DNA of 64,000 nucleotides from Tubiluchus corallicola (Eukaryota > Animalia > Priapulida): contig JAQGDQ010002394.1 in NCBI GenBank assembly GCA_030141605.1, positions 57,801-121,800 on the forward strand. Reading direction: 5' to 3'. The position numbers were made by a program, and so were the translations under genes. Of the stretch, positions 19,703 through 29,130 are shown piece by piece; positions within the stretch are counted from its first letter, which is position 1, and every line of letters starts with the position of its first letter. The notes under the pieces were generated by a model, which saw nothing but the letters and a program-made list of their open reading frames with translations, was not told where the DNA came from and ran no database searches.

Positions 19703-20350
19703 CTAATTTTTAAACGTTTCGGGGTTTTTTATCCAGTTTTGTACAATGTCGTATTGGCTTTCATTAATAATATTTTTCTCTAAGATACTAGGTAGCAATT
19801 GCTCTAAACTACTTAATGGCTTACAAGGAAGATTTAGTTTTTCGAATTTTTCCTGAGTGAATTTTAAATTATAGGAAAATATAGCTGAAGTTCCAATAAC
19901 ATTACAATTATATTCTTGCAGAGCTTTTAATACGTGTAGTATGTTTTTGCCCGTGGAGATATAATCTCCTATAATGGTAACTTTGCTTCCTGCTTTTAAA
20001 TCACCTTCAATTAATTTTTTTAGTCCATGTTTTTTTCTTTCGCCTCTTACATAAATGAAAGGAAGGTTCAAATTGTTTGCTATTAAAGAGGCTATTGGAA
20101 TTCCTGCTGTAGCTACTCCTGCTATTACTTCTGTTTCTGGAAAGAATTCTTTTACAATATTGCTCATCCTTTTTTTTATATCTTTTCTTATCTCAGGATA
20201 TGACAATATTTTTCCACTATCATAACAAACAGGAGATTTCCAACCAGAAGTCCAAATAAAAGGAGTTTCAAAATTAAATTTTATGCTGTTTATGTCTAAA
20301 AAACTGCTAATATCTAAGTGAAATTTTTGCGAAAAATCAGAAGCATTCAT
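19703..20350 (-). CDS. pyrE: Orotate phosphoribosyltransferase-like protein with a degenerate PRPP-binding motif
   Basis: PF.W.SGWKSP, IAGVATAGIP, YVR...K.HG retained; IGDYISTGKN replaces the consensus VEDLISTGGS. Own TAACTTTG promoter at 20382-20389. Confidence 0.8.
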   Translation of the reverse strand: MNASDFSQKFHLDISSFLDINSIKFNFETPFIWTSGWKSPVCYDSGKILSYPEIRKDIKKRMSNIVKEFFPETEVIAGVATAGIPIASLIANNLNLPFIYVRGERKKHGLKKLIEGDLKAGSKVTIIGDYISTGKNILHVLKALQEYNCNVIGTSAIFSYNLKFTQEKFEKLNLPCKPLSSLEQLLPSILEKNIINESQYDIVQNWIKNPETFKN

Positions 20351-20469
20351 TATGTTTATACGAAAATATTTAATAATACTGCAAAGTTAAAAAAATTAGG
20401 GGACTGTCTTTTTGTGGTAAGCAGAATATCTGTTTTTTTGTTTTTTATGGTTTATTCATTTTTTGATGT

Positions 20470-20505
20470 ATAAAACTTAAAACCAAGCTTGATTTTAGGT
20501 TTTAT
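20470..20505. repeat. 36-bp imperfect palindrome (18-bp arms, 2 mismatches) downstream of porQ
   Basis: ATAAAACTTAAAACCAAG|CTTGATTTTAGGTTTTAT. Confidence 0.7.
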
Positions 20506-20537
20506 TGTAATATACAACTTGAATAACTATATGTTTT

Positions 20538-21518
20538 TTATTTACTAGGTAGCGTAGTTGAAATGGCAATAGAATGAGTGTTTCCTGCAAGGTGATATTG
20601 GGTGTAACTGTAATTAAAGTGGACTTTTTTTATTCTAATGCCTGCACCTGCTGATAGTCCTACTACAGAAGGTCTGCTGTCTACAGCAAGTTCTTGTTGG
20701 CGCTGAAAGTTATAAGCAAGAGAAAAATAGAGATTTTGCTTGAAAAATATTTCTGTGGCTATAATGAGATGGCTGATAAATTTTCCTATGTTGGTGATGT
20801 CGTTATTAGTTTGTGTAGACTGATTGATGTAGATATTATTGAATTTTTCTAAATGACGATAAGTGAGAGTAAATCGAAAGGGTGCATTATGTAGTGCTTT
20901 GGTGATTCCTATGGTAATCTGAGGCTGATAGGCTTGAGGTTTCTCATCAGAATCATAGTTAATAAGTTGTGTCCCCACATTGTTGAAGGTGATACCTGCA
21001 GATAGTAGATTATGTGAATTGTGATAGGTGATGCCAAAGTCAGAAGCAATACCAAATGAATTGTGTTTTTCTAATATGGAATAGTGGGTCTTTATTCTAA
21101 CACCTAATTGAATGTATGGGTTAAGTGGTTTAGCCCATGTTAAATTGAGGGTATAATTAGCTGCTGTAAATGTGCCTATTTTATTGCCTACTTCGTCCGT
21201 TTCGATGAATGTACCGTAGTGTTGGTAATCTATGGAAGCAGAAACAATGTTACTACTGTCTATAGCTCTGGCATAAGTAATATTGCCATAATTGATGTCG
21301 GCAACTTGGTTGGTGTAATTAAGGGCTAGCTGGTGGTTCATTGTATGATTGAGAAGGGAGGGATTATGTGTGGCAAGATTAATGTCGTTGTCGTAGATAG
21401 AGGCATTGTAACCTCCAATGCCTGATATGCGTGCTGTGGTGAATGTGGGCAGGGTGCTGGCTTGTGTAGTAATGTAGGTGATTGTGGTGAAGACAAGTAT
21501 GATGAGGCGAGGTTTCAT
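20538..21518 (-). CDS. porQ: Type IX secretion system outer-membrane protein PorQ
   Basis: AR...GG...D.DINL...NPSLL...LALNY...DINYG, YG.F..TD..G..IGTF.A, NVGTQL..Y and HAPFR-like motifs; beta-barrel pattern. Confidence 0.8.
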   Translation of the reverse strand: MKPRLIILVFTTITYITTQASTLPTFTTARISGIGGYNASIYDNDINLATHNPSLLNHTMNHQLALNYTNQVADINYGNITYARAIDSSNIVSASIDYQHYGTFIETDEVGNKIGTFTAANYTLNLTWAKPLNPYIQLGVRIKTHYSILEKHNSFGIASDFGITYHNSHNLLSAGITFNNVGTQLINYDSDEKPQAYQPQITIGITKALHNAPFRFTLTYRHLEKFNNIYINQSTQTNNDITNIGKFISHLIIATEIFFKQNLYFSLAYNFQRQQELAVDSRPSVVGLSAGAGIRIKKVHFNYSYTQYHLAGNTHSIAISTTLPSK

Positions 21519-21524
21519 TGAGAT

Positions 21525-21731
21525 TTATTCTTTCGCATCCATTTGAGTAAGGATTTTTTCTACCTCTTGTTGTGTTTTGTGCAGTTTGTTTTGACAGGTT
21601 TTTATAAGTTGTGTAACTTGCTTTACTTTTTCAGTGAGTTCGTCTATGCTCAATTCTTGGTTTTCTATCTGTTGTAGTATTTTTTCTATTTGTATGATGG
21701 CTTGCTGGTATGTGATTTGCTTTTTTGTCAT
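21525..21731 (-). CDS. xseB: Exodeoxyribonuclease VII small subunit
   Basis: TY..A...IE.I...IEN.EL.ID.L...VK....LI..C...L coiled-coil signature. Confidence 0.9.
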   Translation of the reverse strand: MTKKQITYQQAIIQIEKILQQIENQELSIDELTEKVKQVTQLIKTCQNKLHKTQQEVEKILTQMDAKE

Positions 21732-21850
21732 TGTTCTCTTATTTTTTGTTGATGGTGTAAAAAGCAGAATATTTTTTACAATATAAGGTGAATTTTATAA
21801 TTTAAATAGTTCTTACTTTTTCCTAAATAAACAAGATAAAGGTAAAAGAT

Positions 21851-22822
21851 TTAAAGCAATTCTTTTATTATCTTTTCAATGGTGAGATTATCTGCCTCTG
21901 CTTTATAATTAAGTATAATACGATGTCGAAGTACAGGTAGTGCTACTGCCTTTATATCTTCTATATCAGGAGAATATTTTCCATTGATAAGAGCATGTGT
22001 TTTGGCCCCAAGGATAAGGTATTGTGAAGCACGAGGACCTGCCCCCCAGTTGATGTATTTGTTTGTAATAGAGTGAGCTTCTTTGGTATGTGGGCGTGTG
22101 CTGGTGGATAACTTTACAGCATATCTCATCACTTCGTTATTTACAGGTATTTTTCGGGTAAGGTTTTGATAATTGATAATTTCTTTTGCAGAGAATATCT
22201 TCTCTACCTTTTTTTGCTCTCCTGATGTTGTATTTTTGGCAATTTCTATTTCTTCTTCAAAACTAGGGTAATTGAGATGAATATTAAACATAAACCTATC
22301 TAGTTGGGCCTCAGGTAAAGGATAAGTTCCTTCTTGTTCTATGGGGTTTTGTGTCGCTAATACAAAGAAAGGAGCTTCTAACGAATAGGTGTTGCCTGAA
22401 TAGGTTATTTTTTTTTCCTGCATTGCTTCTAACAGTGCTGATTGTGTTTTGGGGGGAGTTCTATTTATTTCATCGGCAAGTATGATATTAGCAAATATTG
22501 GCCCTTTGTGAAATTTGAAATGACGATCTTCGCCCAAAACTTCTGTCCCTATAATATCAGAAGGCATTAAATCAGGTGTGAACTGGATTCTTTTATATTT
22601 CAAGTCCAGTGTTTTTGCTATGGTATTGATAAGAAGTGTTTTAGCAAGTCCGGGAACTCCTACAAGTAACGAATGTCCATTGCTAAATATAGAGATGAGG
22701 ATGTATTTAATAGTGTTCTCCTGTCCAAAAACTTCCTTTTTTATTTCTTGTTGAAGAGTGTTGTATTTTTCTCTAAACGTTTTTATAGATTGAATATCAA
22801 CGTTTTCTGAGGAGCTAGACAT
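21851..22822 (-). CDS. moxR: MoxR family AAA+ ATPase
   Basis: GVPGLAKT, RIQFTPDLMPSD, LADEINRTPPKTQSALLEAM, ATQNPIEQEGTYPLPEAQLDRF. Confidence 0.93.
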   Translation of the reverse strand: MSSSSENVDIQSIKTFREKYNTLQQEIKKEVFGQENTIKYILISIFSNGHSLLVGVPGLAKTLLINTIAKTLDLKYKRIQFTPDLMPSDIIGTEVLGEDRHFKFHKGPIFANIILADEINRTPPKTQSALLEAMQEKKITYSGNTYSLEAPFFVLATQNPIEQEGTYPLPEAQLDRFMFNIHLNYPSFEEEIEIAKNTTSGEQKKVEKIFSAKEIINYQNLTRKIPVNNEVMRYAVKLSTSTRPHTKEAHSITNKYINWGAGPRASQYLILGAKTHALINGKYSPDIEDIKAVALPVLRHRIILNYKAEADNLTIEKIIKELL

Positions 22823-22834
22823 AGAGATATTTTT

Positions 22835-23992
22835 TTAATTACGATAAATCCAAGCATCTATTCCTCTATCAGAATATTGTGTTTTTAACGCAAGTTTTGC
22901 TTCTTCAATGTCTTTAAATGTCTGGTAGCATACGAAATGAAATCGCCCAACTTTTCCTACCTGATGTGAGTTATTGTAGCCTTTTGTTTGTATCGTAGCG
23001 AGAAAATTGTCGGCATTACTTTTGTGTATGAATGCTCCCCCAATTATATGATCTTTGCTGGTTTGATACAACCAAGTAATAATATTTTTTGCGTTTAATT
23101 TATTGTATTCTTCTATTGCTGTTTCTCTAGTATCAAAAGATCCGTAGGTTACCATATGTAAATTATCCTTATAATAAAATTTTTCTGAAGGATAGCCCTG
23201 TCCTTTAAGTTTTTTATGCAGTCTTTTGGCGTTACTTTCATATTTAAAGCATCCTGCAACAAGGTGGTATTTGATTTCTTGGTCTGGTGTAGTAGATTGT
23301 GGCTTTTCAACTTGTGTGGTGGTGTCTTTGTCTTCAACAATAATGACAGGTGGTGCTGTTTTCTTTTTTAAAAGGAAGATGCCTACTGTTCCTCCTATTA
23401 TTAGTAATAGAAGTATAACTACCACTGTTGTAAAAGTTTGTTTCTTTTTGGTGCTCTCTTGTCCTATATGTTCAGTAGGAGGTGGTACGGGTTTTATTCT
23501 CTGTGATTTCGCTTGCTCAATGGGTTTCGCTGGCGAAGTAGTTGTAGTGGATTTAGTAGGGGCTGATGTTGTCTTTGTAGACTCAGGCTTTGGTATTACT
23601 TTTTTTGTTTCTTTGGTGGGGGAAGCAGTTGTTGTCTTTGTTTCACTGACAGGTGAAGCTTTGGGTTTTTCTGCTTTTCCAGAGGAAGTTCTAAAACTTA
23701 TTTTCCCATTATCACTTTTATATATTTCTCCAAGTTTGCCTATTTTGTAAGTTTGTCCAGAGGTGATTATTTTCAGTAGTTTTTGCGCATATTCCTTTAT
23801 CTTTTCTAATGCTTCTTTAGAACTGATGTTTTCTTTTTGTTGCACAAAACTTTCTAGAACCCCATCGTTATATTTCAAGAATTCGTTGAATATAATTTCG
23901 TTAGGATCATTTTTACTTTTAATAAAAACTCCTAAGCCGGGTATTATAATTCTATTCTTTTCTTTAAGAAGTTCTATGATATATAAATCCAT
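22835..23992 (-). CDS. HU-CCDC81-like / SPOR-domain membrane protein
   Basis: N-terminal IIPGLG.F and FN..L..NDG.L (HU-like), T/K/P-rich linker, one TM, two C-terminal SPOR repeats (YHLVAGCF...NA; HIIGGAF...NA). Confidence 0.8.
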   Translation of the reverse strand: MDLYIIELLKEKNRIIIPGLGVFIKSKNDPNEIIFNEFLKYNDGVLESFVQQKENISSKEALEKIKEYAQKLLKIITSGQTYKIGKLGEIYKSDNGKISFRTSSGKAEKPKASPVSETKTTTASPTKETKKVIPKPESTKTTSAPTKSTTTTSPAKPIEQAKSQRIKPVPPPTEHIGQESTKKKQTFTTVVVILLLLIIGGTVGIFLLKKKTAPPVIIVEDKDTTTQVEKPQSTTPDQEIKYHLVAGCFKYESNAKRLHKKLKGQGYPSEKFYYKDNLHMVTYGSFDTRETAIEEYNKLNAKNIITWLYQTSKDHIIGGAFIHKSNADNFLATIQTKGYNNSHQVGKVGRFHFVCYQTFKDIEEAKLALKTQYSDRGIDAWIYRN

Positions 23993-24054
23993 AGTAAAAT
24001 GAATGATAATTAAATATTTATATTAAATATATTTTCAAATGTATTACATTTTTT

Positions 24055-25416
24055 TTAATTAAGCCAATTTTTATATTTAAATTTACATTTCTTGTGGTGG
24101 TCGCTTATTTTTAAATAAGTTGTTTTTTGCTTCTCAACTATCCACTTGTCAATGATTTCTTGTTGTTTATGTTCCATTAAACTTTCTTTGACAATATTAT
24201 AGTCTTCTTTCAAATTTATTTCGTGTTGAGGAATAATTGTTTTAAGTTTTACTGCTTTGTAAGCGTATTCTCCCGTATGGTCTTGGAATAGAAATGAATC
24301 TGAAATTTCATTTTCTTGAAGTTGTGTTATGATTTCTCTTGTCTGAGCAGATTCTATTTCTTCAATAGTAAATCGAGAAGTTCCATTCAGAGGATTCACT
24401 ACCAATCCATTATTAATTCTAGAATCTTTATCATCAGAGTAAAACAAAATAGCTTTTTCCCAACTAATATTGTTATCTTGTTTTATACTACTTAGTATTG
24501 TATCTATTCTGACTTTTGCATTTGTAATATCTTGATTTGCTATCTTAGGCTTAATAAGTATGTGTCTTACATTTATCTTCGACTTTTGCTTGTCTATTAG
24601 TTGGATGATGTGAAAACCAAATTCTGTCTCCACAATCCTTGATACTTGGTCGTTTTTCAAATTAAAAGCCACATTAGCAAATTCTGGCACAAGGTCGGCC
24701 TTGTTGACATAACCAAGTTCTCCGCCTTTTCTTGCAGAGTTTGGGTCCTCAGAATATAGTATTGCCAAAGTAGAAAATTTTTCACCTTCAATAATTCTAT
24801 CTCTATACTGCCTCAGATTTTCACGAGTTTCATTCCGCACTTCTTGGCTTACCTTAGGCTTTACAACTAATTGTTCTATCTCATATTTTTGAGGCACAAT
24901 ATCTTTTTTCTCCAGATTTTGATAATATTTTTTCACCTCATTTGGAGTTACCTGTATATTTGAAGTAATTTCTGCCTGCATTCTCTGAATAATTATTTGT
25001 TCTTTTACAGTTTTAGCAAGATCTTTTTTTATTGCAGACATATCTTTTTTAAAGTATTTTTCTACTTTTTCTTCGCTACCTATTTGCGAAATGAAATAAT
25101 TAAGCCGAGCTTCAACTTGTTGATTTATTTCCATTGCTGTTACTTCTACTATGTCCAATTTTGCTTGGTTCAAAAACATTTTTTGGACTAAAATATCTTC
25201 AAAAATTTCACATTTAAGATTTTTATTGGAAACGGGACTTTGAGATTTTATTTGTAGATATTGATTCTCCACTTCTGACAATAACACTGTGCTGCCCCCT
25301 ACCACTGCGATTACTCCATCTATTAATTTTGCCTCTTGTGAAAATAGAGAGCTATTATTTAAGCAAAGCAAAGCAATAAATTTTATAAAAATGTATTTTA
25401 TTCTAAGTATACTCAA
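24055..25416 (-). CDS. surA: SurA-like peptidyl-prolyl isomerase / periplasmic chaperone
   Basis: Signal peptide ending S-Q, IDGVIAVVG, F..LA.LYSEDP.SA..GGELG and IVETEFGFHIIQ parvulin motifs. Confidence 0.88.
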   Translation of the reverse strand: MSILRIKYIFIKFIALLCLNNSSLFSQEAKLIDGVIAVVGGSTVLLSEVENQYLQIKSQSPVSNKNLKCEIFEDILVQKMFLNQAKLDIVEVTAMEINQQVEARLNYFISQIGSEEKVEKYFKKDMSAIKKDLAKTVKEQIIIQRMQAEITSNIQVTPNEVKKYYQNLEKKDIVPQKYEIEQLVVKPKVSQEVRNETRENLRQYRDRIIEGEKFSTLAILYSEDPNSARKGGELGYVNKADLVPEFANVAFNLKNDQVSRIVETEFGFHIIQLIDKQKSKINVRHILIKPKIANQDITNAKVRIDTILSSIKQDNNISWEKAILFYSDDKDSRINNGLVVNPLNGTSRFTIEEIESAQTREIITQLQENEISDSFLFQDHTGEYAYKAVKLKTIIPQHEINLKEDYNIVKESLMEHKQQEIIDKWIVEKQKTTYLKISDHHKKCKFKYKNWLN

Positions 25417-25429
25417 TTCTTTGTTTTAT

Positions 25430-26288
25430 TTAATAAATTATAAATTTATTATTTTCAAATGCTTTTTGATAAGTCTCTTTCTCTATATTTTCAATAAATT
25501 CCATCTTTTTTTTATTTTTCAATATGACAGCTATCTTATCTTTGATATAGCTCAAGGGTGGTGGTGTATTAATAAGACGGTAATCTTTGATATACAAAAA
25601 GTAATGAAAGCTATCGTCTTCTGTTTCAATATACTTATTTGTTTTAAGAAATCGAGTAAGGTTATTTATTTTCAATGGAACTTCTCTTAATATTTCAGTA
25701 AAAGGTAACCATTTATGGCTAGAATTGTCAAATATTTTTGCATACTGTATGGCATATTTTTCTAAGTGATTTTTACTATCTTTTTCATCGGAAATAATCC
25801 ATTTTTTAATTTTATCTAAACTTGGAGCGTCTTTATATACTTTCAAAAAAGTTACTTTAACAATATTAGCATGAAGGTTGAAATTCTCTTTATATCTATC
25901 GAAATATTCTGTTATTTCTTCCTCTAAAATGCTATCATTAAAGTTCTCATTTATTATTTGTTGCTTATATTTGTGTGTTAAAAGAGAATTTTTGTACTCT
26001 TCTGCTGTTTTATTTATTTTATCTTTTTTTTTCTTCTTTACTTAATTTCTTATTTGCTTCAGACAATATTAATTTTTGCTTTATCCAAGAATTTATATAG
26101 TCTTTCATATAATTGATACTATCTGAACTATTTGCAAATTTTGGGGCAATCACATCAATATCAGTAGAATATAGCTTGTACTCGCCCACTACTTCCGCAA
26201 TTATAACCTTATTATTATCTACATCCTGTTTATAATTACAGCTATGGGTAAGTAATAGGACTATTATAGTAAAAACAAAACTTTTCAC
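25430..26288 (-). pseudogene. PpiC-like lipoprotein gene interrupted by a +1 frameshift at an A9 run (pseudogene, slippage site or sequencing error)
   Basis: 89-aa lipobox ORF (THSC) stops at SKEEKKR*. Removing one A from the run at 26024-26032 continues as KKDKINKTAEEYKNSLL...ENFNL...VKVTFLKVYKDAP into the 138-aa ORF, giving 285 aa. Confidence 0.85.
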
Positions 26289-26291
26289 TTA

Positions 26292-27485
26292 TTATTGTTT
26301 CTTTAATACTTTTTCTTTCGTATCCTTTGCTATTATTTTAGAACGAGATATTTTCGTATTTTCACTAAAAAATTTACGATAAGTAATGTGTCTATGGGCA
26401 AAGTCTGCTCCTACAGACTCGTGCAATGCTCTCATTTTAGGGTTGAAGTCGCCCACCCACGACAATTCAATGCTATTATATTCAGGGTGTTTTTTCATCA
26501 TCTTATCCATATGCCAAAATATAGCAGACTCTATTCCTGATTTTTGAAACTGGGGTTTTACACCCATAATAACAATTCTTGCTTTAGTTATTGTCTTTGT
26601 CTTTATATAGTATAGCATTTTTAACTTGTTCCAAAGGTTAATTTTTCCATTCAACTTAGCTAAAACCTGATTAATATCTGGCACCATTATTAAAAAAGCG
26701 ATGGGTTCATTATTAGAATATACTAGCCATACAAAGTCTTCTATGAAAAAGGATTTCATTTCCTTCAGTTTCAACATCAAGTCCTCATATCGCAAGGGTA
26801 TATTATTCTCGTGAAAGGCCCAAGCACTTTCATAAACCTCTATAATATCACTAACTTGCTTTTCTTTGTTTTTCAGTTGAAAATGCTCAAATTTATATTT
26901 TTCTTTCTTTGCTACCCAACCAGCAATTTTCCAAAATCTTTTAGGAAAAGGTTTTCTAAGATTAAGAATGTTAGAAACTTGCTCAAAAAAGAACTGAAAA
27001 CCATAGTCTTCAAATAAGTTTTTGTAGTAAGGCTTATTATATTGCATCCCAAAAGTAGGCTGTGTAAAACCATCAACTAGCAAGCCCCAAAAACTATCAT
27101 TCTCGCCAAAGTTTATAGGTCCATCCATTGCTTCCATTCCTTCGCTTTTCAGCCAATTTTTTGCCGTATCGAACAATAGTCTAGAAGCTTTTGTATCGTT
27201 TACACACTCAAAAAAACCGATACCACCTGTGGGCTGCTCAAAGCCCTTTGCTTTTTTGTTGTTATAAAATGCAGCAATGCGTCCGATAAGTTTTTTATTA
27301 TCGTCTTTTAAAACCCAGCGCTTAGCCTTGCCATCTTGAAACATTATATTTTTTTTCGGATTAAAAATAGTTTCTATTTGTACATCCAAAGGGCAGACCC
27401 AATTTTTATCTCCTTTATATAAATCTCTTGCAAAGTTTAAAAACGCTATTACTTCCTTTTTATCTTTTACCTCAAAAATTTGCAT
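26292..27485 (-). CDS. YghO / bacterial ceramide synthase (bCerS)-family GNAT acyltransferase
   Basis: LY.GD.NWV.PL, GRIAAF.N, GFFEC.ND, WL...GM..M.GP..F, GLL.DGF, YN.PYY, GVKP.FQ..G motifs. Confidence 0.75.
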   Translation of the reverse strand: MQIFEVKDKKEVIAFLNFARDLYKGDKNWVCPLDVQIETIFNPKKNIMFQDGKAKRWVLKDDNKKLIGRIAAFYNNKKAKGFEQPTGGIGFFECVNDTKASRLLFDTAKNWLKSEGMEAMDGPINFGENDSFWGLLVDGFTQPTFGMQYNKPYYKNLFEDYGFQFFFEQVSNILNLRKPFPKRFWKIAGWVAKKEKYKFEHFQLKNKEKQVSDIIEVYESAWAFHENNIPLRYEDLMLKLKEMKSFFIEDFVWLVYSNNEPIAFLIMVPDINQVLAKLNGKINLWNKLKMLYYIKTKTITKARIVIMGVKPQFQKSGIESAIFWHMDKMMKKHPEYNSIELSWVGDFNPKMRALHESVGADFAHRHITYRKFFSENTKISRSKIIAKDTKEKVLKKQ

Positions 27486-27526
27486 AGGTACTATCTTCTA
27501 GTTTAAACTTAAATAGAAAGTTTTTG

Positions 27527-27605
27527 CAAATATAGGATTTTAAATTACTTATTAACATAAGTAATAAGTAAAAATATGGAACTTAGCTAAATTTATCTAA
27601 ATTTG
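27527..27605. promoter_or_regulatory. Divergent -7 promoters with a central palindrome
   Basis: TATATTTG on minus (27527-27534), TAAATTTG on plus (27598-27605), ATTACTTAT-taac-ATAAGTAAT at 27544-27565. Confidence 0.65.
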
Positions 27606-27640
27606 TGGAGTCTATTTTTACAAATGAAAAATATAATAAA

Positions 27641-29080
27641 ATGAAAAATATAAAAATAAAAAAAACAAGTAGCTGTGACCATAAAACCAGTAAGATTTTT
27701 CTTGCAAAGAAAGATTATAATTTTGCTAATAGTAAACTTACTTCTGAAGAAATAAACTACATACAAAGGAGGATAAAAAGCAACAAGAAACAAATAATAC
27801 TTAACAGATACGATTATCATATTTATGTAGTAATAGCTGATGAAAAAAAAGAAGGTATAGAACTATACGAAACTTTTCGCAGAGCAGCTAACTATATTAT
27901 CAAAGCTATCAACAGAAACAAATACAAAGAAGTAGAAGTAGTAGATACTATAGATGACAAAAAACTTTCCCTCGCCTTTACAGAAGGTTTAATACTTAGC
28001 AGCTACCAATTTCTCAAATATTTTGAGAAACCGGAAAAAAAGAAAAATAGCCTCAAGCTTATTAACATTGTTGCAAAAGAAATAACAGATGCTGATATAG
28101 CTACATTAGATGCTACTTTACAGGCTGTATATCACACAAGAGATTTAGTCAATGAACCAGTAATACAGCTTAATGCACCTAAATTTGCAGAAAGAATACA
28201 AGAACTGGGTAAAGAAGCCAATTTCAAAGTGCAAGTATTAGAAAAATCAGAAATAGAAAAACTTGGAATGGGGGGCTTACTTGCTGTCAATAAAGGAAGT
28301 ATTGATCCTCCGCGTTTCACGATAATGGAATGGAAACCTCAAAACGTTAAGAATGCAAAGCCTTATGTTATAGTTGGCAAAGGTATAGTATATGATACAG
28401 GAGGTTTGAGCCTAAAGGGTTCAGAGTATATGAACACAATGAAATCGGATATGGCTGGAGCCGCAGCTGTAACAGGCACAATGTATGCCATTGCCAAAAC
28501 ACAGTTACCACTGCACATTATAGCTCTTGTGCCTTCTACTGATAATAGACCCGACGGGAATGCTTATGCTCCGGGTGATGTAATAAAAATGCATAATGGT
28601 ATGTGTGTAGAAGTTCTCAATACTGATGCAGAAGGGAGAATGATACTTGCAGATGCTTTAAGCTATGCTCAGCAATACAGCCCTGAACTTGTTATAGACG
28701 TAGCTACTCTTACAGGAGCTGCTGCTATGGCTATAGGTAGTAACGGAATAGTGGCGATGGGTAATGCTGATAAAATACATATGCAAAACTTACAGCAAAG
28801 TGGTAGAAATGTGTATGAAAGAATTGTGGAATTCCCGTTTTGGGATGACTATAAAAAACAGTTAAAATCAGATATTGCCGACTTGAAAAATATAGGAGGA
28901 AGAGAAGCCGGCTCTATTACTGCAGGAAAATTTTTAGAATATTTTACCAACTACCCTTATATACATATAGATATTGCGGGACCTGCTTTTATTGATGTGG
29001 CTGACAACTATCGAGGCAAAGGAGCAACAGGAGTAGGGGTGAGGTTACTTCTCGATTTCTTTAAAAGATTATCTAAGTAG
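27641..29080 (+). CDS. pepA: Leucyl aminopeptidase (M17)
   Basis: VGKGIVYDTGGLSLK, MKSDMAGAA, NTDAEGR, DVATLTGA, HIDIAG. ATG 27641 preferred because the GTG at 27605 lies in the promoter. Confidence 0.93.
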   Translation: MKNIKIKKTSSCDHKTSKIFLAKKDYNFANSKLTSEEINYIQRRIKSNKKQIILNRYDYHIYVVIADEKKEGIELYETFRRAANYIIKAINRNKYKEVEVVDTIDDKKLSLAFTEGLILSSYQFLKYFEKPEKKKNSLKLINIVAKEITDADIATLDATLQAVYHTRDLVNEPVIQLNAPKFAERIQELGKEANFKVQVLEKSEIEKLGMGGLLAVNKGSIDPPRFTIMEWKPQNVKNAKPYVIVGKGIVYDTGGLSLKGSEYMNTMKSDMAGAAAVTGTMYAIAKTQLPLHIIALVPSTDNRPDGNAYAPGDVIKMHNGMCVEVLNTDAEGRMILADALSYAQQYSPELVIDVATLTGAAAMAIGSNGIVAMGNADKIHMQNLQQSGRNVYERIVEFPFWDDYKKQLKSDIADLKNIGGREAGSITAGKFLEYFTNYPYIHIDIAGPAFIDVADNYRGKGATGVGVRLLLDFFKRLSK

Positions 29081-29130
29081 AGTGTATTGTTCTTTATACG
29101 GTATATAATCAAAATGCAATAATTGAGAAA

